A stretch of DNA of 64,000 nucleotides from Lama glama (taxonomy: Eukaryota): contig JAPYYK010000263.1 in assembly GCA_028534125.1 (NCBI GenBank), positions 682,001 to 746,000 of the forward strand. Direction: 5' to 3'. Position 1 is the stretch's first letter. Each line of letters starts with the position of its first letter. Below the pieces are notes generated by a model. It was not told where the DNA came from. It worked only from the letters and a program-made list of their open reading frames with translations, and searched no databases. Positions 1 through 13,131 of this stretch are shown one piece after another. Made by a program: the position numbers and the translations under genes.

Positions 1-1482
1 TACAGGACATTCAGCAACTCTACAGGGAAGAGTAAGACTCCCACTAACACGATGCCAGGCTCTTCCGAGAAGGTGCTATGTGCAGATGCTGGGTTTGAGT
101 TTAACTTGGGAAGAGGGCAATTTTGTTTTTCAATCCCCACCCACTCTTTCTTACACCAGCCTTATATGATTTATAGTATTTTTATTGCAAATATAGTACA
201 AAAAATGAAACCTTACTTTGTGCAGATTGAAGTGGTGATGAGGAAATTGAGGTGGTTTGGCAATGGATAGAGGTGGGGAGTGAGATGCAAAATTCTATTC
301 CTGTCACAAGTGAGAAAAACACAATTCAAGGCTGACCCTGTACACAGTCATGCTCGTGGGGAGGGGGGGAGGGAGGAAGGACTCCTGGTAGGCAAGGGCA
401 CCAATGACATATGGAATGTGGCCAGGCCTGTAACGAGATGAAGTCCATAAAATGCATTATCCCTTCTCTGAGCCTCTGTAAATACAGAGGAGAAGCAGGA
501 TGATAGTCTGCCACAATCGTTACTGGTGGCCAAATATCTCTGGTGGGAAAGGCAGGTTTATTTTCACGCTTTTACATTAGCTGAAGCTTTTGAATAAACA
601 GAATTCTTCGGAAACTCTCAAGGGATGATCCTGACTGTCTGACCTTCCCGTGGTACCCTGCTTGGCAAGTTCTTTCCAGTTCCTTCTGAATTCCTTTCGG
701 AGTCTGGGATTCTGATCTGGTAACTTGCAAAGAAGCAGTACAAGCAGCAAAGATGAGGCAGTGCCTTAACCTTCCAGCTGCTTAAGTTCAGACAAGAGAA
801 GAAAACGGGCTGGGACCCCAGGTTAACTGCACAATGGTGCAGATTTCACAGATCTGAGGACATGGGCTTGCCAGGGTCTCCATCAATTCCAAACCAAGAG
901 ATCTGAAAAGGCTCAATTACCATTTCTTATTCAGCCTCTTGCCTTAGACTTCTGCTCATTTGGGCAGTTTGGGAGGGAAGTGGGGAGCTGGAGGGAGGGG
1001 CCACTGGACAGAGAGGAACAGAAACCAGGCAGCATATGTCTCTTTTTCCCAAGCCCTTCCATCCGGTTCCCCATTTTTCCAGGGCCTTTGTGATTCTCAC
1101 AGACTGATCACAAATGGTGAAGAGGAAGGAACAAATCTTAACACAAGATGATCTTTCTCCTTCAGAAATCACACAAAGGTTTATCTAGTCATTCAGTTTC
1201 AAACAAGGACTCTATAATTTATATGAATGATTTGATCATTGTTCTGTGGGGTCTCGGCTATAAATCTTAGCTTAAAGGCAGATTTCATATTCAGGGCCCT
1301 TTTGGGAGGAATTCCAGAAGACAGCTTGGAAATTTACACCTCTTTCATGTTCTGAAAAGATTCAGCACTGTTCTGACTGTGTCACAGCCCTGCTACATGA
1401 AAAACTGGGGTCCATCACACTAGTCATTCATAAACACCATGTGCTGGTGTTTTCCTTATTATTAAATTGGCAGAAGTTTTTA

Positions 1483-1578
1483 TTTACTTTTTTTAAGAGG
1501 AGGTACTGGGGATTGAACCCGGGACCTTGCACATGCTAAGCATGCACTCTACCACTTTGAGCTATACCTTCCCCCTCT
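1483..1578 (-). mobile_element. tRNA-Ala-derived SINE (camelid Vic-1 type) with A-rich tail and 11-bp TSD
   Basis: Minus strand GGGGGAAGGTATAGCTCAAAGTGGTAGAGTGCATGCTTAGCATGTGCAAGGTCCCGGGTTCAATCCCCAGTACCTCC followed by an A-rich tail. A and B boxes present. TSD agaagttttta at 1472-1482 and 1579-1589. Confidence 0.9.
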
Positions 1579-1599
1579 AGAAGTTTTTAAAATGATAAT

Positions 1600-2860
1600 C
1601 TTTAATGCCAGCAAGAAAAACAGTGAAATATGCTTGCTTACCACAGGCAAGAGTAAAAATGATTACATCCTATATGAAATAATTTGACAGTCTGTATCAG
1701 TGTTAAAGTGATCACATTCGAATCTCAGTTCTGGAAACATGTCACAGGGAATCATGACATCATTCAAAACAGTGAAAAACTTAAAACAATCCAACAGCCA
1801 ACACGGCAAGTGGCTGAATAAGTTCTAGGTATTAGTGCCACCAAAGATTATTTTTAAAAAATATTTAGAGATTGAAAAATGCTCAAAATATAGCTCATTG
1901 AGAAAAGCAAATGACAAAATTCTATGTTTGGCATGATTCTGGAAAAACACGTACAAGAGAAAAACCTAGAAGAACATACCAGGAAATATTACCCATGATT
2001 AACTCTGGGTGAAGAGATTTAAGATTTTTCATTATCTTCTTCATTTTACTAAGTTTCTACCATGAGACACTACTTTCATAAAGAAAAAAAAAGTCTTAAT
2101 AAGATACTGAATCAAATAGATGAAAATTATAAAAATAATGAAAATATGTTTTTAGGTGGTTGAGTTTTTCAAGCTGGCAAAGATTCAAAAGAATCCTAAT
2201 TCCCACTCTGGGTAAGAAAAGGTAGAGCAGACTCCTATATCCTACACTGGAACTTCTAGAGGATGCCTTGGTGAGATTTATCAGAATTTCAGTTGTATAC
2301 ATCTTGAGATTCAGCAGTTCCCCTCATGGAAGTTCATCCTAAGGGAATAACTGGAGTGGTGTGACAAAGACGGAAATACAGGGTGTTTACTGCTGCACTG
2401 TTTACACCTTAATGATCAAAAAAGAAAAAGAAAACTACCCAAATGTTCATCAAGAGAGGGCTGGTTTAAATAAATCTGTAGTAGACCTATATGTAGGCTA
2501 ATACATACCCATTATAATGATAATTTATGGCTATATTTATTAATATATAAATAGTTCCACAATGAAATCTGTTTAAAAAGGTAGAATTATAAAAATGGAG
2601 TATGGTCCATTTATTCTCTCTCTCTCTCTATATATATATCCACAGATACACACACACAAATTTCATTGTGGAACTATTTATACATTATTAGATGTATGTA
2701 TTATATATACATATTGAGAGAGAGAGAATAGAACACATAAAATCCTGGAAGGACAGAGGCTAAAATGTTACAGTAGTATTTTCTGTGCATGGTGGTAGAA
2801 ATACAGGTGATTTTCATTTCCCTTTTATATCCTTCATGGATATATGAGTCATTAATGATG
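1600..2860 (+). mobile_element. Ancient L1M (L1ME-like) ORF2-end/3'UTR fragments
   Basis: Degenerate L1 motifs (cagcagttcccctcatggaagttcatcctaaggg; aaactacccaaatgttcatcaagagaggg); A-rich. Confidence 0.6.
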
Positions 2861-2899
2861 AGAATGCATTGACTGCAACATCAAGATTTCAAAACGGTT

Positions 2900-3140
2900 T
2901 AAAAATATTGCAGCAAAAATTTGTAAACCCATCTCCAGCTTAAGAAATAAAACACAACCAATACAGGTGAAGCCCTTTCTCTACTCATTCCCGTGGTACT
3001 TCTGTCCCCAGAGATAACTATGATCCTGGCTTTTGTAGTTCTTCATGCCATGCACTTCTTTACACTTTTATTATGTATGTCTGTATACCCAGGCACATTA
3101 CTGTCACTCTCAGAATAAAAAAGTTGTTCTTAGTGTTTAA
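2900..3140 (-). mobile_element. L1M 3' end fragment
   Basis: ttgtaaacccatctccagcttaagaaataaaacacaacc...cccagagataactatgatcctg resembles an antisense L1ME 3'UTR. Confidence 0.5.
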
Positions 3141-3839
3141 AAGAAAAATCTGACATGGCTTCACCCTCCTTAGCATGGCTTTGGGCAATGGGTCAAAGCC
3201 ACCAGCAGAGCAGCATGCATATGAGGGCTCTGGGAGAGCAGCAGGGGAGTAGATACTACAGGTCCAGCTGCACCCTGCTGGCCGCACCCCTCCCTGAGGC
3301 ATGGGCAGGAGTGGCTCAGGAGGAGAAGACAGAATACTGTGACACCCAGTTTTCTGACTGCCCTTTCCTTCTATAGTGGCAAAGACAGGGATTCAACAGA
3401 CTCACACTTTTCTTTGTAAAAAGATGGACGAATGCCTTCTTACCAGCTGTATTTACAGACTCAAATTGCCCAGGGTTTAAAAAACTACCTATTATTGCAA
3501 AGCAATCTAGGAAAACATAAGTGAAAAAGCAAAAATTTAAAAAGAGTTTATCATACTTTTTAAACATACATGTGAATCAACACTTGAAGGCAAAGATAAA
3601 GCATCTTAAACGTTGATGAAATCTAAGTGCTATTTCTTTTTAATTTTTATCCCTATTCTTATTCTAGCATTTTCATACGGCAAAAATAAAGAGATATAAT
3701 GGATCAGAAATAAATTGCTCTGAATGCCACTTGACAATCACCAGAAAGACTAAAATTGAAATGACTAACAAACAGTACAGTGTCGGAGAGCAGGCAAAAT
3801 AACCGGAAGTCTCACTCCTTGCCTGTAGGAGAGGGGGAC

Positions 3840-4140
3840 GCCCAACCACTGGCAAAAACTGTTCAGCTGTTTCTAACAGCTAAATACACAGCTACACCTG
3901 CCTCAGCAGTTCCAGAAAAACACCAAAGAGAAGTGAATGCTATCACCACAAAAAGACTGGTCTGAGAATGTTCAGTCTCTCTTTGTAATAGCCAAAGCCC
4001 TTCAACAGGAGAATGGATGAGTTTGGTAATCCAAAAAATGGAATACTATACAACAAACAAAAACAAACGGACTCATACCTGCAGCCACATGGATGAATCT
4101 CAAAAACACATGTTGAGCAAAAGAAATCAGATACAATTAA
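3840..4140 (+). mobile_element. L1M ORF2-end fragment
   Basis: caacaggagaatggatga...atggaatactatacaac...gcagccacatggatgaatctcaaaaacacatgttgagcaaaagaa. Confidence 0.65.
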
Positions 4141-5919
4141 ATGGAAAGTAAATGGAAGACCATATGAAGTTCCCGGTTAATTTGCTTTGCCATGAACAGT
4201 ATTATTCTATGCATAATAGAATGAGACCCATAACTCACAGTTCATATAATAAACTTATTAACAGATGGGAAGAGATGACAGCCATGGGCAAAGCTCTTGT
4301 TATTTTGAAGATGGAAAAACAGAGGCTTATCAAGTAAAATCCCAGAGCCAGTACCTGTCTTTTGTCTCAGTATCTTTTAGGGGCTACAGGAATGCCACGT
4401 GCCCTAAGGGAGGAACTAAAGGCTTTATGATAGTTTTTCAGGTTTAAATGAAGATTTCTTTGACTTTGCTATTATACCCAAATATGTGCATGCCCCCTTT
4501 AAAACTATAGAAAATAAGATCTAAATGACTTAGTCTTAGAGAAATCAGTGCCAAAGACCAGAAAGAATTGTTTTTGAAGGGAGAATAAGCTAAGAGCATC
4601 ATGTCTTTATTAATTAAAAGCATTCTGGCTTTGAGTTTTCAAAAATATGGCTGCTGTCTAGCAAAGATGAATGTGATATAGAAACTTTCCATCATCCTTG
4701 TTTGGCCCAAGAGAACTGTACATCACCAACTATGGCTGGTGCTGAACACAATGAGAAAATGGGCAATAAAAGAAAGAGCAATGTTTGCACGGGCACAACG
4801 AAGAACAAGTCTAAGAGACGTCCCAGCTTATTTGCTCCAAATGAATCTGCCCCAGTAATGAAACTGAAAAAAATAAATCAAGTTTGCACCAACGATGGAT
4901 TCTATTTTTCCTGGAAGACTATAGTACAAAGGCATTTTCAGTTGACACACACTGCCAAAGGGCACCATACATTCTTTCTCTAGTTATAGGGACGGTGACA
5001 CCAATAACCCTTTTCTGCTAACCTTAGTTTGGGCCAAAGGCAAACTTGGGCAGTATCTGATATAGAGACAGGCACACAATTTTCCAAGATGATAACGGTG
5101 CTTTTAGAGAGGAGCAAGTGTTGACTGTTGCTAAACTCTAAATTTGAAATGAAAAGCTGAGTTGGCTCAGCCAGGCACAGTCAAGAAAAGACGTACACAG
5201 ACACTGCTGAGAAGGCAAGCACAACTCCAAAAGCCGGATCCAATTTCTGGTCTTGGCATGCTGAATCATATCTCATTAGAGGAGAGAGGGAGTTGGCAAG
5301 AACTGATTGTACACTGGCCCAACCATCTGTAAACTACACGGGCCCACGTTGTCACCTAAATCTGCAAGGAAATTTCGGTGATCACGGAAGGTGGAAGCCC
5401 TGGGAAGGCTTCTCTGCAAATCCTTCTCCGTGTCGAACATCATGTTTACAGTCTGAGCAATGGTGCAGAGTGAACTGATTGTCAAGGAAAATGCATTAAC
5501 TGGCATCAAGCAAGGGAAAAAAAGCCCCTGGGACAGAACTGACATGAGCGCAATGACCAGAGACTAAATTATCGTCTCCTTAGGGTGGATGAAAAATTCT
5601 CCTCCTCGCTTGTTGTTTGGGTTTAAGCAGCAGCTGGAGACAATGACATAAAATACAAGCTAGCATTTAAATTATTCAAGTCTGGTAACTGCTAATAGTT
5701 TGCATGTATGATGGAATGTGAGTATGATGTATGATTTACATGTGAGTAAATTCTGAGCTGTGGGTTTTTAGATGCAATGTGTGTGAGACAAGACAATGAA
5801 AGGAATTGGAGATAAGAAGACACTGGCCTTATTCTGGACAGGCCGGGATTCCATGCGGTTGTAAGAGAAATCATATGACATCTTTTTACCTTGGTATCCA
5901 GGTAATCCTGAAGAATGAT

Positions 5920-6160
5920 CAAAATATACAGCCAAAAGATCTGGAAGTTCAGATCCTGAGTCTGTTGTCTACTAGCTGTGTGTATGTGGGCAATTCACTG
6001 AATTTTTCTGGTCCTTGTAAAAAATGAGGTCAGAGGAGTCTTTTATTAGAGGATCATGGCTCAATGGAGAAAATGTGTGATTTCATAAGAAACCAGAATA
6101 CGTGGAATTATTTGTGGAAGTTCTTGTAAAATAAAAAGGGTAATTACATATATTTTTTTT
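5920..6160 (+). mobile_element. MIR SINE fragment
   Basis: Core-like tgtgggcaattcactgaatttttctggtccttgtaaaaaatgagg. Confidence 0.5.
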
Positions 6161-6352
6161 CATTGTTTCTGCTGTGACCTACTCCACAGGGCAGTATGAT
6201 GATGAGTAAAAATGCAGGGAATTCTTATGGAAAGCATGGTAATAGCATGGGGAGGCACTAGGATGTACAAGGAAAACCAAGGACTTTGGAACTGCATGAG
6301 TTTGCTTTGGAGCCCACCTCTAAAAACTACTTAGTAATGGTTACCGCTACCT

Positions 6353-6852
6353 GAGGCATTCTTCACCTGGGGTCTGCGGACCTACGGGGGTCATGGATAG
6401 AACTCAGGAGATTTGTGAACCTGGATAAAAAAAAAAGTCCATCTTTACTTGCAGTCACCTCTAACTGAAACACGGCATCTCTTTCAATTACGAATATAGA
6501 CAACTAATCATAGTACTTTGGGGTACCTATGACTTTGCACCCAGGGAAGCCACACATATTTTGATATCACAGTAGAATTGTAACAGATATCTCAAATATT
6601 GTTTATATTCATCACTAATTCTAAGCTATTAACCCAGCACCTCAGCTTTTTTATTTAAGGCCTTAGTAAAGAAGCATGTTACTATGTTGCAAATTGGTAA
6701 TTTCAGTATTTTGACAATTTTATTTGAATATAATTGAGTTCTTTGTAATACTATATATTTTAGCTGATGAACTTAAAAACATTATTTTGGGAAATAGCCC
6801 ATAGCCTTCACCAGCTCACCAGAGGGGTCCAAGGCACTAAAAAGGTTAAGAG
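6353..6852 (+). mobile_element. hAT-Charlie DNA transposon (Charlie4a-like, near full length) nested in a MIR
   Basis: Begins ggcattcttcacctggggtctgcggac...tcatggatagaactcagg and ends aggggtccaaggcactaaaaaggttaag. MIR halves flank it at about 6270-6350 and 6855-6995. Confidence 0.75.
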
Positions 6853-7562
6853 TGTACACAACCTCGCTGGGAATTCATTTTCTTAGGGGAAAAAGGAGAG
6901 AAGAGCTGTGAGGCAGGGTCACTGTGAGATCACAGGTGACACAGAGTAATGCACTGCCCAGGGCCCTGCACACAGTAGGTGTTCAACTAACAGAAGTTAA
7001 TCTGTGTTGAAAACGATGAGACAAGGGAAGTCATTTTCTGTATTATACATTTCATTCTTTTTTAACATGACACAGCGGCCATGAAATTGAGCTTTGGTCT
7101 TTTAAGGATTTAAGGTGGATGCTTCCTTGTGACTTGACTGTCTTCATCTGTTCGGGTTGGATGGTGGTTTGTGTTGTCTGGGCGCCACGGCCATGTGGCT
7201 CTCCTCCCTAGTCCAGACTGCTATTGCTGGAAACAGCCTACACGCGGACCAGAGGTGAGAGTCCACACTGCAGCTGAGGATGGAGAGGTCTTTCTGGGGC
7301 CATGGGACTGACCCAGCTGCACTACTTTGAGCCAACGGGCAAGGTCTTGGCCATGGTAGCGGAAATGAGAGCAAGTTATTTAGAACCTGGGAACACGAAG
7401 CTTATTTTAAAGCTTGCCAGCACAGGGGCCTTCAAAGGCAAGACTAGTCTTTAGGCTCAGCATAATGAACCTCAATGTGAGAAAATTAAGTCATGTTTCA
7501 ACTTGAGTCCCAAATCAACACTCTCAGCAATATGAGAGCATCCCGCAAAGGGGAGTGCACTG

Positions 7563-7694
7563 NNNNNNNNNNNNNNNNNNNNNNNNNNNNNNNNNNNNNN
7601 NNNNNNNNNNNNNNNNNNNNNNNNNNNNNNNNNNNNNNNNNNNNNNNNNNNNNNNNNNNNNNNNNNNNNNNNNNNNNNNNNNNNNNNNNNNNNN
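7563..7694. other. Assembly gap (132 N)
   Basis: Run of N. Confidence 1.
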
Positions 7695-7914
7695 TGAGTC
7701 ATTTTGTAAATGTGTACGGTGGAGGGGGATCTCCAAGGTCATCCCTGATGTTAAAATTCACCACCCTAGACAACAGTCCCTTGAATGCATTTCATACCAC
7801 AGGCAAAATACTTGCCACATTGTCAGGTATAAAGAAGCAAGAAATAGAAAGGTGAATGGAACACGTAACAGGAGGGCAACATAAGACACACGTGTAAAAC
7901 TATGATTGTTAGTC

Positions 7915-8430
7915 ACACACTTATTCAAGACATTTACTGAGCACCTGTGATGTAACAGGCACTGTTCCAAAAGCTGTGGATATAGTGACAGCCAAGGTAA
8001 AGTCCCTGCCCCCCAGGGAAGCTCCCATTCTCCAGGGGGAGCCAGGTACCAAACAACAAGACAACTCATTAAACTGTGACTTCAGGTGGTGTTAAGTTAC
8101 ATGAGCAAGAAAGCAGAGGAAGGGCACAGAGGGGGTGGATAGGGAACTATTTCAGTTGGCGGTCAGGAAGGCCTGCTGTGCGGGTGACATCTGACCAGAC
8201 ACCTGCAGGAGGGGAGGCAACCGCATGAAGCTCTGATGGAGGGAGAGCATCCCAGCAAGGATGAGAGCTGGGAGCAGGGTGAGCTTGCCGAGCAGCGCTG
8301 GGCTGGTGAGAGGTGAGGCTGAGAGGTGGGGGTGCCCATCACAGGGCCTTGTTAGTCATGGGGAGGAGCTTCAATTTTACTCCAAGTGCAGTAGGAAGCC
8401 ACAGATGGGAGAGGGAGGTGACCCAACTTA
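7915..8430 (-). mobile_element. L2 LINE 3' fragment
   Basis: ttattcaagacatttactgagcacctgtgatgtaacaggcactg... is the antisense L2 terminus. Confidence 0.8.
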
Positions 8431-8989
8431 GAGTCTACTAACATAGAAACACAAGCAATGAAATATTGGCCTGTAGAATAAACCGGGATTAATCCACATG
8501 GCAGCACTGTTACTAGTGGCAAAAACCACATACACATACAAACAAACCTGGAAACAACCTCAGTAGTGAAAGAGTTGAACTGTCATACATCCATATCTTA
8601 GAATTTTATGTAGATATTAAAAAGAATGAGTTAGAGCTACCTCTAACATTGACCTAGAAAGACATAACGTGGAAAAACAAAAAGAAGTATTATATATTCC
8701 TTTATTATTTATTTATTTTCGGCTCCCATTTTTCATAAAAACAAATGTTACCAACAACCAAACCCCTACATACCTGTATGCACCTGAGTTAAAATGTAGC
8801 TGGATACCCAATGTAATGTGAACATTGGTTACTTTAGGGCAAGCAGCTTATTGGGAAGTTGAGGAGACAAGAGAGAAGCTACTGATCTTACATACATTTG
8901 TACACAATTTTATGAGCCAATGGTCACAGCTAAGTGTGTTAATGCTGTGATTTTGGAAAAGGAGTGTAAAAAATTTAACAATTCCTTCT

Positions 8990-9700
8990 GGGACCATGGA
9001 GAACTTTCATAAAAGAGGCAGCATTAAAAGTCAATCTTGAAGAGCAGAATTGGCACAGGCAGGGTAAGAGTAGAGAAAAGGGAGGAACCCAGCAAGCTGA
9101 GGGCAAGACATGGAAGGTTTCTGTACGTGGGGCACATGGACTGATACTCTGGGTAAATCTGATGGCAGCTGGTACTCAGGGTAGAGGCAGGAAGGGAGAC
9201 TGGTGAGTTCTCGGGACAATCTGAAACAGGACGTTGGAGTCTCAAGGAAGGACAGTAGCAGGGGAAGCGTTCAAAAGGTGATTAGGATGCAGATGTTACA
9301 GATATGCTGCCTGGTTATTTGGAAATGGGAGTGAGGGAAAGAGATGGATAGAAGGGAATTAACTGCAAGCTTCCTAGACTAGTGAATGGATAAGTATCAT
9401 GAATCCAAAAATGAGAAGCCAGTTTGGAGGGGGATGTGAAATAACAGGCCCAGCACTGGAGGAGCTGAGCCTGTGCTGAACATTCATGTCCCAACAGGCA
9501 ATGAGAAATGAGAATTGGAGGAAACCTCGGATTAGGAGACAGAAGTCCTCTCCACAGAGGTGACAGCTCAATTCCAGGAATGGAGTGAATACAGATGGAA
9601 AAGCAAAGTACCAGGAACAAAACTTGGGAAGAAGCCTCTATCTGTGTGACAAAGAGGTAAGAGAAGAATCAGGACAGAACCGGTTAATGGACATAAGGGA
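8990..9700 (-). mobile_element. Old L2 fragment
   Basis: Purine-rich degenerate L2 ORF-end sequence. Confidence 0.5.
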
Positions 9701-10799
9701 GCAAAGGGGGGAAGTCCAGGAAATGGGTTTCTACAAAGGGGGAAAAAAGAAAATCTAAGACCATTTCTAGATGGTTTCTATATCAGAAAATCTTTTTCAA
9801 CCTGTAACAAGTCCGAAGATTTTGAAAAAATGTAATGTAGCTTTGAAGTGGGCTTAAAGATGCATAAAAAGAAGATCAGCCATAAATATTTACGGGTAGA
9901 CATAAGAAAGGCTAAAAAATGGCCCGACACGAGTTGTATAAGCAATCTGTTTTAAAACACCGATTGCCCTAAGAATAAATGCTAGACAAGTTACACAAGG
10001 AGGCCCACTACCCAAAAAATGAATCATACCATCCAGCCCTGCCGAGACTCTCCTCTCCTAACGTGTATTATGCCAGCAGCACAAGCTAATTCTGTCGGAG
10101 CAAGCCAAAATGTCACATAAGGGCTCCTTCCAGCCTCCTGGTGTCTCTTGAGAATATATGGTTTTTGCAGAACACAATGAGAAAGCCAAATCAGGTTAGA
10201 GATATTACAAAGAAAATCTGGCAGGCAGCCATCTCGGCTTTGTTTCAACTGATGTCCATAAAAACACAGGTTAAGAAAATGGTAGCACAATGTCTGGTGT
10301 TTGAGATCTAACAGTATGCAACATGTTTATGGTGTGCATTAGGCTGCAAACTTCAGTCTGGGCCTGGGGCACACAGCAGAACCTCAGAGCTGATGGACAA
10401 AGGAGGGAAACAGGAAACTATGTCCTGTACTGTAATAAATACGATCGCTCTCAGAAGACCACAAACAGGTGGTTTCATGGAAAGAAAAAAAAAAAGAAAG
10501 ACAAAACACTGCTTTCAGATTAAAAAAAATCATATGCTTCAGGCTTGTTTGTATAAAATAAATAGAAGGCCAGTACACACTTGGCCAATTACAGCACTTT
10601 TTATGAGGCTGTGACTGACTGTAATCTGGCAAAAATGAGTCCAACTGAAACAGCAAGAGTGAGGGTTGGGGGGAATTAGATGAGGTTTTGGAGTGGGAAT
10701 GAAAGTGAGAAAGAGGAAGAAAGCTTTCATTAAGCAGTTCACATTCTGGTAGGAGGATTTAAAAATAAAGCATCCAGACTGATTTTATTTTCATTCAAA

Positions 10800-11475
10800 A
10801 CAACCTCTTATTTAGTGTATTTTTCCTTTACGTTCTTGAACACATTTAAAATGACTGCTTTCAAGTCTTTGTTTCCTAAATATAACATCTGAGCCATCTT
10901 AGGGAGGGTTCTCTATTGACTACTTTTTTTTTCCTTGTCTAAGAGGAAGATACTCTGTGTCTTTCATGTCTAGTAATTTTTCATTGTACATTAGACATTG
11001 TGTATCTGATTCATTCCTATGAAGACTACTGATTTTTGTTCTAGCAAGCAGTTCAATTTCAGGTTGATCGTGTTGAACTTGTGCAGGCCGTGGGTCTCAC
11101 TTGTAGCTGCTGTTCTTTGGTAGGGCTCACAGTCTTACCCTGAACAATTCTACCCTTAGCCATGGACACGAAGGACCTCATATAGACTTTTGTGGCCCCT
11201 TTCTGCACAGATCCCTCATCTCCAGTCCCCCTGTATTAGATTCCAGCAGGTTTAGTTGCCCCAACTATGACATCTCTCTCCTTGGGTTCCAGCTCACTCC
11301 ACTGCAGTAAGGAAACTGTCCTCAGTCAGTGAGCCAGAGGACCAGAGAGCTCCCCTCCTAAGTTTCCTTTCTCCCAGGGATTACAGTCTTGCACTGCCTA
11401 TTGTCCAGAGCCTGAAAACCATTGTCTCATACATCTGTCCAGGTGTTTATGGTAGGAGAACTAGTGAGGGTCACT
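10800..11475 (-). mobile_element. Ancient L1M 5'/ORF1-proximal fragment
   Basis: ttgaacacatttaaaatgactgctttcaagtctttg...cttgcactgcctattgtccagagcctgaaaacc. Confidence 0.6.
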
Positions 11476-11659
11476 GTTTAGCATATTTTTACACTGCATT
11501 CCATACAAATGCTGAATAAGAGTTGAACACCACTCCATTTTCATTATATAGTCTTCTCAATGCACCTGGAAAGTACAGGCTCCTGGTTTCTCACAGAACT
11601 GTCCCTAGATTCAGTAACTTATTCACCCTCTCATTCACTCATACACAAAGTGATTTAAT

Positions 11660-11988
11660 TCTAGCAACCCCCAACTGGTACATGAAGAGCTAGTCCCAGC
11701 AGATGCTTCAAGAAAATGTGCTCTGGGATCAGGTACGTAGGAGAATTATAGTATCCCTTCTGGAGACTTAAAATGCGTTATCAGCATAGGAGAGGGTCTG
11801 ATTAAATCCTGTGGCAGCGAAACCTACGTTATTTAACTTAGGATTTCCCCAACAGAACCGTTTTGTGAATAAATGAGTTTTGTCTGTCCTTCTGTGTGTG
11901 TGTGTGTGAGAAAGAGAGGGAGAGAGAGAAGCTAGCAAACACCCCATTGGAAGTACTGTTCTATGAAATCCATTTTAGAATTTGCTAG
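11660..11988. mobile_element. hAT-Charlie-type non-autonomous element containing a (TG)n(GA)n tract at about 11894-11929
   Basis: Internal atcccttctggagacttaaaatgcgttatcagcata...aaatcctgtggcagcgaaacct; degenerate termini. Confidence 0.5.
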
Positions 11989-12871
11989 TTTAATAGCAAA
12001 CACTAAGCTAAATAGAAATCCATTTTTAGAGGAGGTCAAACCCAACTGCTGCTGTGCCAAGCAGTGCAGGGAATCTTACAAAGAGAATCTGAGTAGACCT
12101 ATAATTTAGTAATAAGAGAATATTAAATTTTTATAAGGTACGAAATGACAAAGATTGAGTGCCAAGAAGGTACTCATTTGCGTCTGGGCATGATATTCCT
12201 TTACAGCCGACACCAAAATGGCATACACATTTTAACAATTAAAAGTTAATTTGGACACTCCAATTATTGTAATAAAACCATACATTTTGTAAAGAAAATA
12301 GTATAGTTAAGAGCCATGGCCATGTTTGTTATCATGTCTTTAAGTTAGTTTACCCATTTCTGGGGAGACACAAGTTATTAATAAGCTATCCTGTCACCTC
12401 AAGACAGTGACCTGACCTGTATCACAATAACCTGAAGGAAACACCCATATGCAGCCCAGTGCTTCTCATCAGCCTCTGTAAGGAGACTCACTTGACTTCA
12501 CCCTGCAGCTCACTTACCACCTGCCTACTGGTGACAGGTGGTGGAGGACTGTTTCCTGAGCCCTCATGGTGCTCTGCCCTTTCTCTCCTCCCGATTGAAG
12601 ATGCTAAGGCCTCGTTCCCCACTCCAGCTGACACCTGCTATGCTAGGCTTGCATGTTCAAGCCAGTTTCCTGGTGGCAATGTATCACTTAGGAGTGCCTG
12701 GTCACCTCTCTCATAGCATTTTCAGCTTCTACATGATAGTTACTCTTATTTTTATGTCTTTCTGCATCCCCTCTGCCCAGCTATCCACCCCGTTTTTCCA
12801 ACGTTAGTTGTCCAAATCCTCCACTTAATTTCCTAAGCTAGTACTTAACTCTCTGAGATCCCAACAAGTCA

Positions 12872-13131
12872 GGTTGTACAGCGATTAGAAAGCCAAGTTC
12901 TGGAGCCTAACTGTGCAGGTTTGAACCCAATACTCCCTCACTGCACCACCTAAGGCAGGTTACTTAACTTCTCCTCTGAGTCTCAACTTCTCATGTAAAG
13001 TGGAGATAATCAGAGTATCTCCTTCATGTGCTCACAGTGAAGATTAAATGAAATAAGCAATGTAAAAAAAAATGCTTAGCATATATAGCTCAAGGCATAA
13101 AAAGAGTTGAGTTAGCTCTTTCTAGTATTAT
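12872..13131 (+). mobile_element. MIR SINE, near full length
   Basis: tRNA-like head, core ggcaggttacttaacttctcctctgagtctcaacttctcatgtaaagtggagataat, and tail. Confidence 0.8.

Noticed and set aside
1500-1576. Functional tRNA-Ala(AGC) gene
   Set aside because: It has an A tail, a TSD, extra D-loop bases and substitutions, so it is a SINE.
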